A program made the translations under genes and the position numbers. The notes under the pieces are model-generated. The model was not told where the DNA came from. It saw only the letters and a list, made by a program, of their open reading frames with translations, and made no database searches. From Acholeplasma laidlawii PG-8A (GTDB lineage Bacteria > Bacillota_I > Bacilli_A > Acholeplasmatales > Acholeplasmataceae), in assembly GCF_000018785.1 (NCBI RefSeq), contig NC_010163.1, positions 1,140,001-1,172,000 of the forward strand: a stretch of DNA of 32,000 nt, read 5' to 3'. Every line of letters starts with the position of its first letter. Position 1 is the stretch's first letter. Shown here one piece after another: positions 19,001 through 29,300 of this stretch.

Positions 19001-22000
19001 GCTTCAATGTCTAGTGTTTTCTTATCAGATGAAACATCTTCTAATCTAATTATAGATTCACCAGGTAGAAGTCTATCAACACCATCAATAAATAGGTTTT
19101 GTAGATTGATTTCTGAATTAATAATGGTGATTTCAACTCGAATAATGAATGCTTCAATTGCTAAATCTTCAGGTTGAACTTCAATTTCAAATACATTTAG
19201 TCCATGTGTTAATGGTTGAGCAACATTAAATGGTGTACCACTTAATGTTTGTCCATAGTTTGCTATATAACTAAATGTAACGTTTGTATGATATTCATTT
19301 AAGCTAAATTGATATAGGTTATTTTCCGGATCAAAGTTAGCTGTTGTAAGTAGATCTTCTAGATTTGTTTTTATACCTAGATTTGCTAATTTATCTTCTG
19401 TGTTAAATAATCTAGTGACATAGACTGTATATAGTGGACTTACATCACCATTTTCTGCTTCCACATAGAATGTAATTTCTTTTGTTTCACCAGAAACTAA
19501 TGTATATACACCTTCACCAAAACTAGTAGCTTTAGCATTTTTTACAATAGCTAGAGTAACTTCTGTTGTTAGGTAATCTACATTTATGTTGTATGTTTCG
19601 ATGTCTTTATCAAAGTTTAATAATTGTGCACCTGATGTACCAGTAAGTGTTGCTGTAAACTCATTGTCACTAGATGCTAGTCTTGTGATGATGACTTCAT
19701 ATACTTGAACCACTTCGTTATATGCATTCAATACTTCAACTGATACTTTATTCTCACCCATTTCTAGATTTAGTGGTGAAGTAATTACTTTACCAACTTT
19801 ATCTTTTAAGATGATGGAACCATCATTAAATAAGCTTTCAGATAGGATGTTTGCTTGTTCCTCTTCTGTTGTGTAATGTATTTCATTACTTGATGTATCT
19901 TGTACATCACCATTAATGGTTAAATGTTTTAAATCATTTTCTTTGTTTAATACATTAATCGTAATGGTATAGATAAATGGTTGTGTGTTGATACTATCTT
20001 CAGCTAGAACTGTGACTACAAATACGTTTGCACCTTTATTAAGTGTTAAAGTACTTGGGTTTGTTTTATCTACTGTTTGGTAAGTATCTGATTTTACATA
20101 TCTAATAATTAAGTTTCTGTATTTAATGTCTAAATACTCTAAACCTAAATTAATGACATAGTTATTAGTTGTCTTATCGAATACAATATCTGGATTTTTG
20201 CCGGATATACCAATTAAGTAGTTTGTTGGGTCCAGTGTATCGATAATACTTATTTCTTCTAAGTGGTTGTTTGTAGAAAGTGCTCTTCTTGTTACACCGA
20301 TGGTATAAATTTCAGATTCAGAACCATCTTCAGCTGTGACTTTAAATGTAATTGTGATTGTTTCATCTAAGTTGATTATGTATTTACCTAAGCCGGTTGC
20401 TGTTGCCTTGGCTGGAATTATTGCACCTAATGTGACATGTTCTACATTTTGAGGTACTTCTACAGTATATGTAAGGGTGAGTGGATCAAATGTGATATAG
20501 TTTGTTCCATTACTTCCGATTAAACTTACATTCGATAGTGTCTTCTCACTTGATTTTAAACGTGTGATTTCTAAGGTATGTGTCTTAACGATTTCTCCAT
20601 ACTCATTTTTGATTTCAATTGTGAAGACATTTTCATCAAAGTTTAGATTTGGCGTATTGGTTACTACATTCCCTAGACTATCTTTAATCACGAAGCTACC
20701 ATGTGCCTGGTGTGTTAAAACAGGTGTAATGGTTACACTTTCTTTTTCCGTATCAAAATAGTTTACATCTTGAACTGTTAATGCTTTTCCATCTACAGTC
20801 AGAGATTGTAGGCTATTTGATTTATATAAGACTTCTATGATGATGGTGTACTTACCTTGAGTTACTGTTTCATCTTCGGCCTTAATGAAGATTTCAAAGC
20901 GGTTCGTGCCATGGTTAAGGGTCAGTGGTGCGTTAATTGGACCAGTAATTGTTTGAGCGATATGACCTTTAACGATGTTAATGATGATTTCTTCATTAAT
21001 ATAGGTTTCATCTAGTTTTATGTTATATGTTTTAGTCGTTGGGTTAAATGTTATTCCCTTTGGACTTAAGGTATCTAAACCTAGTAAGTATAATCCTGAG
21101 TTTAATGGATCTGTTACTGTAAGATTGTTTAGATTAATCTCTTTAGAAGCTGCCTGTCTATGAATTGTAATTGTATAAGGATCAGATACTGTACCATCTT
21201 CTGCAGTAATCGAGAATTCAAAAGTATTTTCACCTACAACTAAACTGATATTATTTAATTTATTTGGTGTCACTTGTGCCTTATTATGTGTTGGTGTAAT
21301 TTCAATATTTAAACTCTTTTGACTATAAGGTAAATTAAGTACAACTGAGTTATTAGCAAGTAGTTCATCAAATGGGAATGTCACTACTTGGTTATCTTGA
21401 TTTTTAATAGATACATTACTTAATGAATTATCACTGCTTAGTACAATATTTTTAACAAAACGTATTTGATAGGTCTTAGTACTATTATCTTCAGCACTTA
21501 CCTTGAATGTGATGGTTTGGTCTAAGCCACCTTCACCATTGTAAGTAAGTACTATATTAGATAAATTAAATGTAGATTCTAGTACTTGTTTATCAGTGTT
21601 TTTAAGTTCAATGTCAACTTTAACATTTGAAATGGAACTTGTATCAGGTAGTTCTACTAAATAATTCGTACCATCTGCTTTATAAGTAATATTTTGACTA
21701 TTAGAAATGTTAGTGATAGATAGTGATGATATATCAGTATCTTTATACGGTTCGTTTCTGTAGACGTTTAATCTATATGTATTGCCTGATTTAGTACCAT
21801 ATTCACTTTCACCATATATTTCAATAATGTTATTTCCATACTGAAGTGGTATGGAAGTAGCGTTTTTAACGCCGTTTACATAGTAGTTAGCAAACGTATC
21901 ATTTAAGACAACATGAATTGGCAGACTTGATACTGTATATAAAACATTGTCTAATGTATATTCAAATTCACTATCTATAAATCCGATGTCGTTTGAATTA

Positions 22001-25000
22001 CCTTTAATGTTATTGATTTCATGATCATCATTCTTACTTACGATATAAACTGTATATTCTTTAGAATGTGTACCGCTTTGAGAGGTTACTGTAATCGTAT
22101 AGCTGTTAGTGATACCAGGTTTAATTTCTTTAATACCTAAACCTGTTACAGTGGAAAACTCTTTACCAACTGCACTTATTTGAACACTCATGTGTGTTCT
22201 ATCTACTCTTAAGTATTCACCTTCATAACGAATGATTGAACTATCAAATACACCATCTAGTAAGTTGATGCCACCTACAATGATTTCTAGTGAATCTAAT
22301 TCAGCTAGTGTACTTGCAGCTTTTCTTGTATATGTAAAGTTATAGTTTTGAGATTTAGCTTCTGCAGCATATTCTGTAGAAAGTAAATCGGATTGAATTC
22401 TTAGTGTAATTATTTGGTTGGTTCCAACTACAAGCGTATGTGTGTAGGTAATTAAACCATCTTCATCCGCAAATAGTGTTGTACCACCATTAAAGGATAT
22501 TCTTGCAAATCTATCCTTTGGTGTCACAATAAATGTTAGTTGATTTGTTTGGAAATCAAACTCACCTAAATTAGGCACACTTAAAATATCACCTGTATAA
22601 ATTACAGTTGAGCCATTTTTAATTACAATATTATCAATACCTATTTCAACGTTTTTACGCCAAATAGTAACTTTGTAGGTATTTGATGTACCATCTTCTG
22701 CTTTTACAATAATATCGATGACATTAGATGGTTGTGCTGCAGGGTCATTTAAATTATATGTATATGTATACCTATGATTTAACCCTGATGTATCAGTTAG
22801 ACTAAATGGTGTTTGTACACTTGAGCGATCACTTGATAAAACAGTAGCTACAAACGTTACAGTATTCACTTGTCTATCTACTCTTAAAGTATAAGTGTTG
22901 GTAGTTGGATCAAAGTCTAATAAGATATTGTTTCCATTTACCATTACTTCTAGATCATCTAGATTTTTATGAGATTGGGCTACTTGTCTATTCACACGAA
23001 TCTTTAGATATTCTCCAAAGTTTCCTGCTTGAGATTTGACTCTAAATTGACCTTCAATCACACCTGTTTTTGAAAATAACCAAATACCTGTTTGATTATC
23101 ACCAATAAAGTTTGATGTAATCATTGATTTAGAACCATCTACCATGTTAAATGTAATGTTTAACCTATCGACATTATATGCAATATTTCCAATGTCTAGG
23201 ACACCTGATATAAACTCTTGTGCTGTAAATGTTTGTGTAACAAAGCCTGTTCCACTTACAGTAACTGATTCAAAGGTTTTTACATCATTAGCTCTTTTGA
23301 TGCTGATTGTGTAAGTTTTAAGTACGCCACCTTCTGAATATACTTGTATAGTCAAGTTTGAGGTTGCTCCACTTAAAACATTAAATTGTTGGTCTATTAA
23401 ACTTGTAGTACCTTTAGTTCCAATGTATGCATAGTTTTGTTCATTAACTTCGGCTGAATAAATAAGTGGCCATAGTTCATCACGATCATCAATTGTAACT
23501 GTGTAGTTAGTTTTACTACTCAAGAAACTTAAATCAATAATTTCACCATTGTTCGTTTTTAAAACAAAGGATTCTAAACTATTGTCTGTTTTTGCTTGAG
23601 CTCTCACGATATTAATGACATACTCACTGCCTTTGGTTCCTGCTTCACTTTCGACCCAAACTTTAAAGGTTGTTGTGCCATTTCCAATTGCTTTAACATA
23701 GGTGTCATTGATGCGCACCTGTCCATCAATGTATACTTTGGAATCTACATTTTGAGGTGATGCTGTAATTGTGACATTACTATTAAATGAATAGTTGATG
23801 TTAATGGTATTGTTAAGTTTTGCTGGATCAAAAACAAAATCAGTACCTTCAATATTTAAAGACTTTAACGTTGTATCATTTGTTGCAACAACAAATGGAA
23901 TAATAATTGTATTTTTTTCACCATTTTGTGCAGTGACTATAATCGTCACATTTTGTTCAATTCCTCGAACAAATGGAATATTTGTACTGTATCTTCCTGT
24001 TTCATTTTTAGTAAATGTTGTTGAACCAACTTTTATTGTTGCTTTAGATGTAGTAGGTAACAACACTTCAAAATTAAGCGTGTTAATACCACCAACAGGT
24101 TCAACAATTACTTTATTATAAGTGACATTAGAGTCACCAATTTGGAACTGAGAAAAAGGTAATCCACCAATATTGATTGCGCTTATATCATTGTTAGAAT
24201 CAGCAGCAGTACGTGTAATTTGAATTGTATAGTTTTTAACTACAGCACCATTTTCTGATGTTACTTCTAAACTTGTAGTTTTAATGACTTCATACATACC
24301 ACTAAAGTCTAAAGGCGTAATCAATTGGTTTGTTGTTGTACCTTTAATAATTGATTTGGTTGATGTTTTAGTTTCCAGTTTTAAGTTACTTGGAAATAGA
24401 CCATAGTCAAAACTGTATGTATATTTATTTTCAGATGATATGAATGTAAAATCATCTAGGTTTGCAATGACAGTACCATCATCGGTTCTAAATATAATCG
24501 ATTCTAATTCTGCTTGATCAGATTTTTTTTCTATTTTAATTGTGTATTCTTTTTCAGTACCATCTTGAGCTTTAATCGTAAGGATAAAATTGTTGGTTCC
24601 GTAATTTAGGCTAGCCACACTAATTTGATGTATGAGTTGTGCACTTTGGTATGTACCTTCACCAATTTTAGCCTCTCTTTTGCTACCTGGATCAATAGTT
24701 AAAGTAACAAACTCACTACTATTGTTACTTACTGTGTAAACTAAGTTTGTAATATTTAGATTTATAGCAGTAAGGCCTGATTCTTGAACCTTAATATCAC
24801 CCGTTTTAATTGATGTGTCATTAGATGGTTCAATAACAAAGTTTACAATATATGTAACTACTTCATCAGGGAATTGACTTTCTGGTGTAACCACTACTTC
24901 ATAAGAGTATGTTTCACCAGTTTCTAGTGAACTCTTAGAGATGATACCCGTTGTATAGTCTTTATAAGTTGTAGTACCTACTTCTTTATATTTAATGGTT

Positions 25001-26310
25001 TGACCTGTTTGGTTCTTAGCTATTTGAAAGCTTAAGGATGTTTTAGTGTGTGGATAATTAATTGTAAATACATTACCCACAGGTGCAAGACCTTGAGGAT
25101 ATTCATTGGTTATAATTTTTATATTAGCGTCTGATGACCCTTTTTCACGTTTCACATATACAGGATAATTAGTTGTTGTTGAGCCGTTTTCAGCTGTAAC
25201 ATTGAAATCACCAATATGCGTAAATACATCTTGCTCGATGTTAGTTACTCTAATTTCATTTTTATCCAGTGTTGCAAAAGGATATGCTGTTGTAGCTAGT
25301 ATCTTTATATCATTTTCTGTGAAGGGTGTTACAATCTCATAGCGATTGTCTACACTGTTAAAAGTAATTGTTCCTAAATCACCTTGTGCTAGTTTAAGTT
25401 CGATTCCAGTATTTGTTGATTCACTACTGACAGTTAACTTGATTTCATAGATCTTTGTTGCATCCCCATCAGTAGTAGTAATTGTAATCGTATCACCTGT
25501 CTGATAATTAGTGGATGCTTTACTTTCAGTCTTGACATAGTTAGAACTACCTAAACTTGTTTTGGTAAAGACAGGATTGATGGTTAAACCACCAATACTG
25601 TCTTGATAATCTATTGTAATATTTTGCGTGATCTTGCCTTCTACTTCTGTAGCAGAAACATTGAATGGATATACTTTACTTGTTGTAGTTCCAGTAATGT
25701 TTAGTGCAGAGAGTGTTGCATCAGGGGTTGAGTTAGGATCTCCTATGATGATACTTGCCAACGAGATATCAGTTCCAGTGTATTCAATAGTTCCACTATC
25801 CCAACTTGCAGCTTCCATTATCATCTCAATTTCTAAATTCTCCGCCGGATCATTTTTGTTATATTTGATTAGTACAGTCGCAAGTTTTACTGGAGTAGTT
25901 GTAATAGATGCATCTGCTCCACCGCTAGTTGCTAGTATAACAGAATTATTTAGAGTACCACTATCAAACCAATTTTCAGGTCTACCTCCAGCAAATGGTA
26001 CATATGTACCTAGTGTTTCAACATAAGATATACCTTGTAGTTTACTGTTTGATGAAAAATCAAACTGAATGTTTGTTAATCTTTCTGTACTTCCTGTGAG
26101 TGACACAGCATATATATCTGCCCTAACAACATCACCATCATAAGGATCTTCAAAGTATTGTTGATCTAGATAAGCCTTTGTAAAGTTCTTTTGCCCACCT
26201 ATTTCAAAATAAATTTCCATTTTCGCTGATACTGCACTTGTTGATTGAATGTTCATTATGATTGTAGCTAAGAAAATAAACATCAGTGCAATTATTCTTT
26301 TATATTTCAT
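16048..26310 (-). CDS. Giant secreted, C-terminally membrane-anchored protein with tandem cadherin-like beta-sandwich repeats
   Basis: About 3420 aa. Signal peptide MKYKRIIALMFIFLATIIMNIQSTSAVSA; repeated [E/D]-D/N-G-x-x-x-x-Y-x-I-x-[I/V]-x-R module ends; C-terminal TM plus basic tail. The track start at 26319 is GTG; ATG at 26310 follows AGGTGA. Confidence 0.9.
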   Translation of the reverse strand: MKYKRIIALMFIFLATIIMNIQSTSAVSAKMEIYFEIGGQKNFTKAYLDQQYFEDPYDGDVVRADIYAVSLTGSTERLTNIQFDFSSNSKLQGISYVETLGTYVPFAGGRPENWFDSGTLNNSVILATSGGADASITTTPVKLATVLIKYNKNDPAENLEIEMIMEAASWDSGTIEYTGTDISLASIIIGDPNSTPDATLSALNITGTTTSKVYPFNVSATEVEGKITQNITIDYQDSIGGLTINPVFTKTSLGSSNYVKTESKASTNYQTGDTITITTTDGDATKIYEIKLTVSSESTNTGIELKLAQGDLGTITFNSVDNRYEIVTPFTENDIKILATTAYPFATLDKNEIRVTNIEQDVFTHIGDFNVTAENGSTTTNYPVYVKREKGSSDANIKIITNEYPQGLAPVGNVFTINYPHTKTSLSFQIAKNQTGQTIKYKEVGTTTYKDYTTGIISKSSLETGETYSYEVVVTPESQFPDEVVTYIVNFVIEPSNDTSIKTGDIKVQESGLTAINLNITNLVYTVSNNSSEFVTLTIDPGSKREAKIGEGTYQSAQLIHQISVASLNYGTNNFILTIKAQDGTEKEYTIKIEKKSDQAELESIIFRTDDGTVIANLDDFTFISSENKYTYSFDYGLFPSNLKLETKTSTKSIIKGTTTNQLITPLDFSGMYEVIKTTSLEVTSENGAVVKNYTIQITRTAADSNNDISAINIGGLPFSQFQIGDSNVTYNKVIVEPVGGINTLNFEVLLPTTSKATIKVGSTTFTKNETGRYSTNIPFVRGIEQNVTIIVTAQNGEKNTIIIPFVVATNDTTLKSLNIEGTDFVFDPAKLNNTININYSFNSNVTITASPQNVDSKVYIDGQVRINDTYVKAIGNGTTTFKVWVESEAGTKGSEYVINIVRAQAKTDNSLESFVLKTNNGEIIDLSFLSSKTNYTVTIDDRDELWPLIYSAEVNEQNYAYIGTKGTTSLIDQQFNVLSGATSNLTIQVYSEGGVLKTYTISIKRANDVKTFESVTVSGTGFVTQTFTAQEFISGVLDIGNIAYNVDRLNITFNMVDGSKSMITSNFIGDNQTGIWLFSKTGVIEGQFRVKSQAGNFGEYLKIRVNRQVAQSHKNLDDLEVMVNGNNILLDFDPTTNTYTLRVDRQVNTVTFVATVLSSDRSSVQTPFSLTDTSGLNHRYTYTYNLNDPAAQPSNVIDIIVKAEDGTSNTYKVTIWRKNVEIGIDNIVIKNGSTVIYTGDILSVPNLGEFDFQTNQLTFIVTPKDRFARISFNGGTTLFADEDGLITYTHTLVVGTNQIITLRIQSDLLSTEYAAEAKSQNYNFTYTRKAASTLAELDSLEIIVGGINLLDGVFDSSIIRYEGEYLRVDRTHMSVQISAVGKEFSTVTGLGIKEIKPGITNSYTITVTSQSGTHSKEYTVYIVSKNDDHEINNIKGNSNDIGFIDSEFEYTLDNVLYTVSSLPIHVVLNDTFANYYVNGVKNATSIPLQYGNNIIEIYGESEYGTKSGNTYRLNVYRNEPYKDTDISSLSITNISNSQNITYKADGTNYLVELPDTSSISNVKVDIELKNTDKQVLESTFNLSNIVLTYNGEGGLDQTITFKVSAEDNSTKTYQIRFVKNIVLSSDNSLSNVSIKNQDNQVVTFPFDELLANNSVVLNLPYSQKSLNIEITPTHNKAQVTPNKLNNISLVVGENTFEFSITAEDGTVSDPYTITIHRQAASKEINLNNLTVTDPLNSGLYLLGLDTLSPKGITFNPTTKTYNIKLDETYINEEIIINIVKGHIAQTITGPINAPLTLNHGTNRFEIFIKAEDETVTQGKYTIIIEVLYKSNSLQSLTVDGKALTVQDVNYFDTEKESVTITPVLTHQAHGSFVIKDSLGNVVTNTPNLNFDENVFTIEIKNEYGEIVKTHTLEITRLKSSEKTLSNVSLIGSNGTNYITFDPLTLTYTVEVPQNVEHVTLGAIIPAKATATGLGKYIINLDETITITFKVTAEDGSESEIYTIGVTRRALSTNNHLEEISIIDTLDPTNYLIGISGKNPDIVFDKTTNNYVINLGLEYLDIKYRNLIIRYVKSDTYQTVDKTNPSTLTLNKGANVFVVTVLAEDSINTQPFIYTITINVLNKENDLKHLTINGDVQDTSSNEIHYTTEEEQANILSESLFNDGSIILKDKVGKVITSPLNLEMGENKVSVEVLNAYNEVVQVYEVIITRLASSDNEFTATLTGTSGAQLLNFDKDIETYNINVDYLTTEVTLAIVKNAKATSFGEGVYTLVSGETKEITFYVEAENGDVSPLYTVYVTRLFNTEDKLANLGIKTNLEDLLTTANFDPENNLYQFSLNEYHTNVTFSYIANYGQTLSGTPFNVAQPLTHGLNVFEIEVQPEDLAIEAFIIRVEITIINSEINLQNLFIDGVDRLLPGESIIRLEDVSSDKKTLDIEAVLTDLYGTVKINGNLSEHFILDILPGENTIKIDVTSEDGSTTKTYTVLVKQLLDDLDTLDNILVKTQDNLYLLGDASVNPQIVFDALTNTYKFVVNETVEHIMIDVTNASTKQTVTGDLRIPLNIKHGINRFEISVQPEDLNKPARTYLIEVEKVNDEILIDQLLVGQTDIYEEGVLDYVMDSVTNDQKTIKVIPMISNFGTYVIYDTEGNLVQDHDVNLSFGQNTIRIVFTSESGKTTKTITLTIEQTYSSDNQIIDVRFFDASTNINRLNFDPEITTYDLEFPASTTIARLRVETHNKALVFINGVQEINTRKDFNLTSGNTITVKFYVIAENGDKGIEYTINVYKRKATDPVLSDNTNLLDVTIEIPINKLIFDFDPTIYEYNIQLPFGHDEMYIKGHTESKAATVFGEGAYALIPGLTKVIRLRVTAEDGTVAEKEYKFNITRALPNTDTTLKTLVIEDVNGNILAFDQSIFNPENRTYNITLNDDMKLNTVHVLAEKNHETQILYNTGIIQLHGEVEGYYNTIITVTVVAEDGSIGEYIIYVLHDLDFASLAEVKDISILGDDGISYFGLEFKNNIYVYEDILVPFNVDTTRLIVQTIGNVIYLDASNTEIEDNRLQSFGVGSQIVYRFRIESTNGSNTSEVYTIYVNRQLPDTNSLLETLEINGEMVRGFNPDIFEYTIVHPLQFEKYLDIYGVAQSDNSTVKGNDVYTLIEGQTRTITIEVKAQSGDVSSYKLHISYVNSNALLGELTVYEMIGEHDIQNTIPLLDDTLEYTIIIGKHTRYVNIKGFAKDQGGASIRGFGIREIGSEDTVVHITVTSGDGLEELTYVLTLRRDTSLSNLKEITLLQINNEEVITSDENDPFVYKYSLSNGTQSVKLNAVANNSSKVSINGSDFSTNNMGEIILTDIQESQVIKISVQAEDGSIQHYMVIIERVQQPSLLLTILLIISIILWVIAAMTYILKRIRKNNKKDKNQLIF
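16099..16170 (-). other. C-terminal transmembrane anchor of the giant protein
   Basis: SLLLTILLIISIILWVIAAMTYIL followed by KRIRKNNKKDKNQLIF. Confidence 0.88.
16180..25722 (-). repeat. About 32 tandem degenerate protein repeats, cadherin-like beta-sandwich type (about 100 aa / 300 bp each)
   Basis: Hand count of module ends such as EDGTSNTYKVTIWRK, ENGAVVKNYTIQITR, EDGSESEIYTIGVTRR, ENGDVSPLYTVYVTR, EDGSIQHYMVIIER, each followed by a new [N/S]-L-x-x-[L/I] module start. Confidence 0.8.
25741..26220 (-). other. N-terminal domain of the giant protein, possible cohesin-like/carbohydrate-binding-like beta sandwich
   Basis: GDVVRADIYAVSLTG...RLTNIQFDFSSNSKLQGISYVETLG...VKLATVLIKYNKNDPAENLEIEM follows the cohesin pattern (GDxVxVxV, gaxxxxFxL.YD, G.LATIxFKVK) only loosely; distinct from the downstream repeats. 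Confidence 0.4.
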
Positions 26311-26311
26311 A

Positions 26312-29300
26312 TTATTCACCTAAATTCATCGTGGTTGTTTGATTTTTGTCCCAAAAAGGGGTTTTCGAATTTAAATGGTTAATTAATGCGGTTTGATCTA
26401 ATACATTAATCTTCCCATCGCCTGTAGTGTCTGCGGCTAGTAGATTGGATAATAAGATTGGTTGTTTACGATTCAAGTGGTTAATTAGTGTGGTTTGATC
26501 CATAACATTCACTCTTCCATCGCCGTTAATATCACCTTTAAGTACAACATGTACTCTATCCGTAATATTTCCATTACTATCTTTAATAACTATCATACGT
26601 CCACTAGCAACTATATCTTGATCTGTTAATTCTTTACCATTTTTATCTAAGAAGTAAAGTTCTTTATTAACGAAGTTTTCCTTCAGGTTTGCCCAAGTTT
26701 GATTTTGGAATACACCCATCAAGTAAATTGGATTGGTTTCGTCATAATAATTTCTTTCTTCAATTGGTATAACACTTGTTACTTCTGCATGGAACATACC
26801 AAGCATACTTTCTGGTTTAAGTTTAATATAACTGTCGTATTCATAAACGGCAGTTAATTTAATACTACCTATAACTGTATTTGGTTTTATTTCTTCAATA
26901 TAGGTTCCAAGATCTTCATTTGCTAAAATATTTGCTTGACGTCTTGCCATTTGGCGCATGTCTTGTGATGTTTCATCTTGTTCTACCATGTACCAACCAA
27001 CAAACTTATAACCATTTTTGTTTGCTTGATTAAATCTGATGTAGTCTTCAATGGTATACATTGTTGGGTTGATTGCAAGCCCACCATTTAAGTCGTAGCT
27101 TATACCATAACTTATTGGTTGCCAGTATGCTGTTAAAACTAAACTACCAACATTATTATATGTAAATGAATCGCCATCACCATATGATGGTAAGACATTA
27201 CCATCAACAATCCAGCCCATAAAGTCATAACCTTTTCTTACATAACCAAGATCCGTTAGTACAACATTATCATCAAAGTTTACCGTCATTGGTGTCATTG
27301 AACCTTCCACAATGACTTCATCACCTTCGTTATAACCATCATTAAAGATAATGTTATATCTTCCTGCAACAAAGACCGCATGAACTGTCATATCACCTGT
27401 GACTCTATCAATGTGTTTATCCCAGTTTGTAAATCTGTAACCTGGTTTTTCAGGATCTGAAGGAATAATAGGACGTCCATTATAAGGGACAATAACTTCT
27501 TCATGTACTTCTTCACCGGACATATAAGTAACAACATATAGTCTTATCTCTTGATTAAATGCTGCTTCAAGTTGGATATCTTGTGTGACCGATTCTTCAA
27601 AGATATTAAATACGGTAGTACTTCCTTTAATCACCCAATGACTAAACACGAATGTGTATTGCATTGTTGGCAATTTACTTGGTATTTCAGTTGGTGGTAT
27701 TAATGTTTGTCCATGTAAAACAGTCAGTGTTTTAAATAAAGCACCATTACCATCAAACAGAGTCACTTTATATTCTTTATACACTTCTTTATAACGTGCA
27801 ACAAAGATCATATGCTCTGTTAGAATTTCAGGAACTACCTTATCCCAACCATCAAATGCATAATCAAAACCTTCACCACCTGGTTTGTTGACTACATTTG
27901 GTTCTATAATTGGGTCCCCATAGGCACCTACAATTTGTTTTAGGATGGTTGTTTGATCATCATCATAGAATGTATAAATAAACTTCCTTGGTGTACCTAA
28001 GTACTGAGTTTGTACAATTAAGTCCTCTGTAATAAAACTAAATGTCTTATCCCAACCAGAGAATACATAAACTGTACTTGTTGTTGATGATTTTACTGGT
28101 ATGTCATCAGTATTTGGTTCTACAGCACCTTCACCGTATTTGACCATTTGTTTTTCAATGACATGACCAAATTCATCAATAAATGTGACTTCATATTCTT
28201 GTAAATGATTGTAAAAAATTGCTTTAATTGTAATATCTTCATACACTTTAACTGTTAAAGTTTCCCACATTCTAAAAGTGTAATAATATTGTTTGTTTGG
28301 ATCTTTTGTTGGTGTATTTAAAGGCATTTTAGGAGTAGCACCATAATAAACTTCTTGCTCATCAAATACATTTCCGTTACCATCTAAGAAGGTTACTATG
28401 TAAACTCTTAAGTGTTCTTCATAATATGGATAATAATTCTCATCTGATGTAACAACTTCATTAAATACTGGATTCCAACTTATAAATTCATAGCTAAATT
28501 GTCTATCTGCTGGTTTTATTGGACCACTTGGTGCCATAATCACTTGACCATAGGTTGCAGTGATGGTGCTAATAATTGTTGTAGTATCATAATCATAAAA
28601 TGTTAATGTATAAATACGTTCGATCTTTTCATAATATAGTTCTGTTACAATATCTTCTGTAACATTATCAAATTTGACACTCCAACGTATCATGTAGTGA
28701 TAATAGTTATCACTTTCTAATATTGGTACATCTGGTGCTTTAGCACTACTGCCTTTATTTACTAATTCTTCTTTAATGATAATACCTTTATCGTTTTTAA
28801 AGATAACTAAGTACTGTCTTGTAACCATATCAAATATTGGTCTAACAATTAAATCACTTGTAACAACATCATAGTTTACATCCCATGATTTAAAGACGTA
28901 AGATACATCATCTGTTGGTGTTTTAGAAGGTATACCATTTGGTGTTATAGCACTTTGTCCATAACTAATTGTTTGTTCATCGAAGACATTTCCATTGCCA
29001 TCTAAGAATGTGACTTGATAGGTTGTTTTTACATAATTATAGGTTGGATAGATTTCTAAGTTCTCTGTAACATAATTAGATGGTTCGGACCATCCTGTAA
29101 ACAGAAAGAAGAAATCAGGATTTGGACTTACCTTAATTGGAGTAGTTGGCTCAAATGCCTTAGAACCATATTCGATGATTTGCGTATCACCAATTTGGTT
29201 ATTTAATGCATCATAGAATCTAACTTCATAGTATCTATTTACCTCACTATATAGTGCATAAATAGTTCTATTTTCTCTAACATTTATTAGATCTTGATCC

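Noticed and set aside
18572-26026. Plus-strand ORFs inside the giant gene (18572, 18815, 20564, 23795, 25628)
   Set aside because: Shadow ORFs antisense to the repeat array; Ser/Val-rich composition is what the complement of Thr/Asn-rich coding sequence gives.
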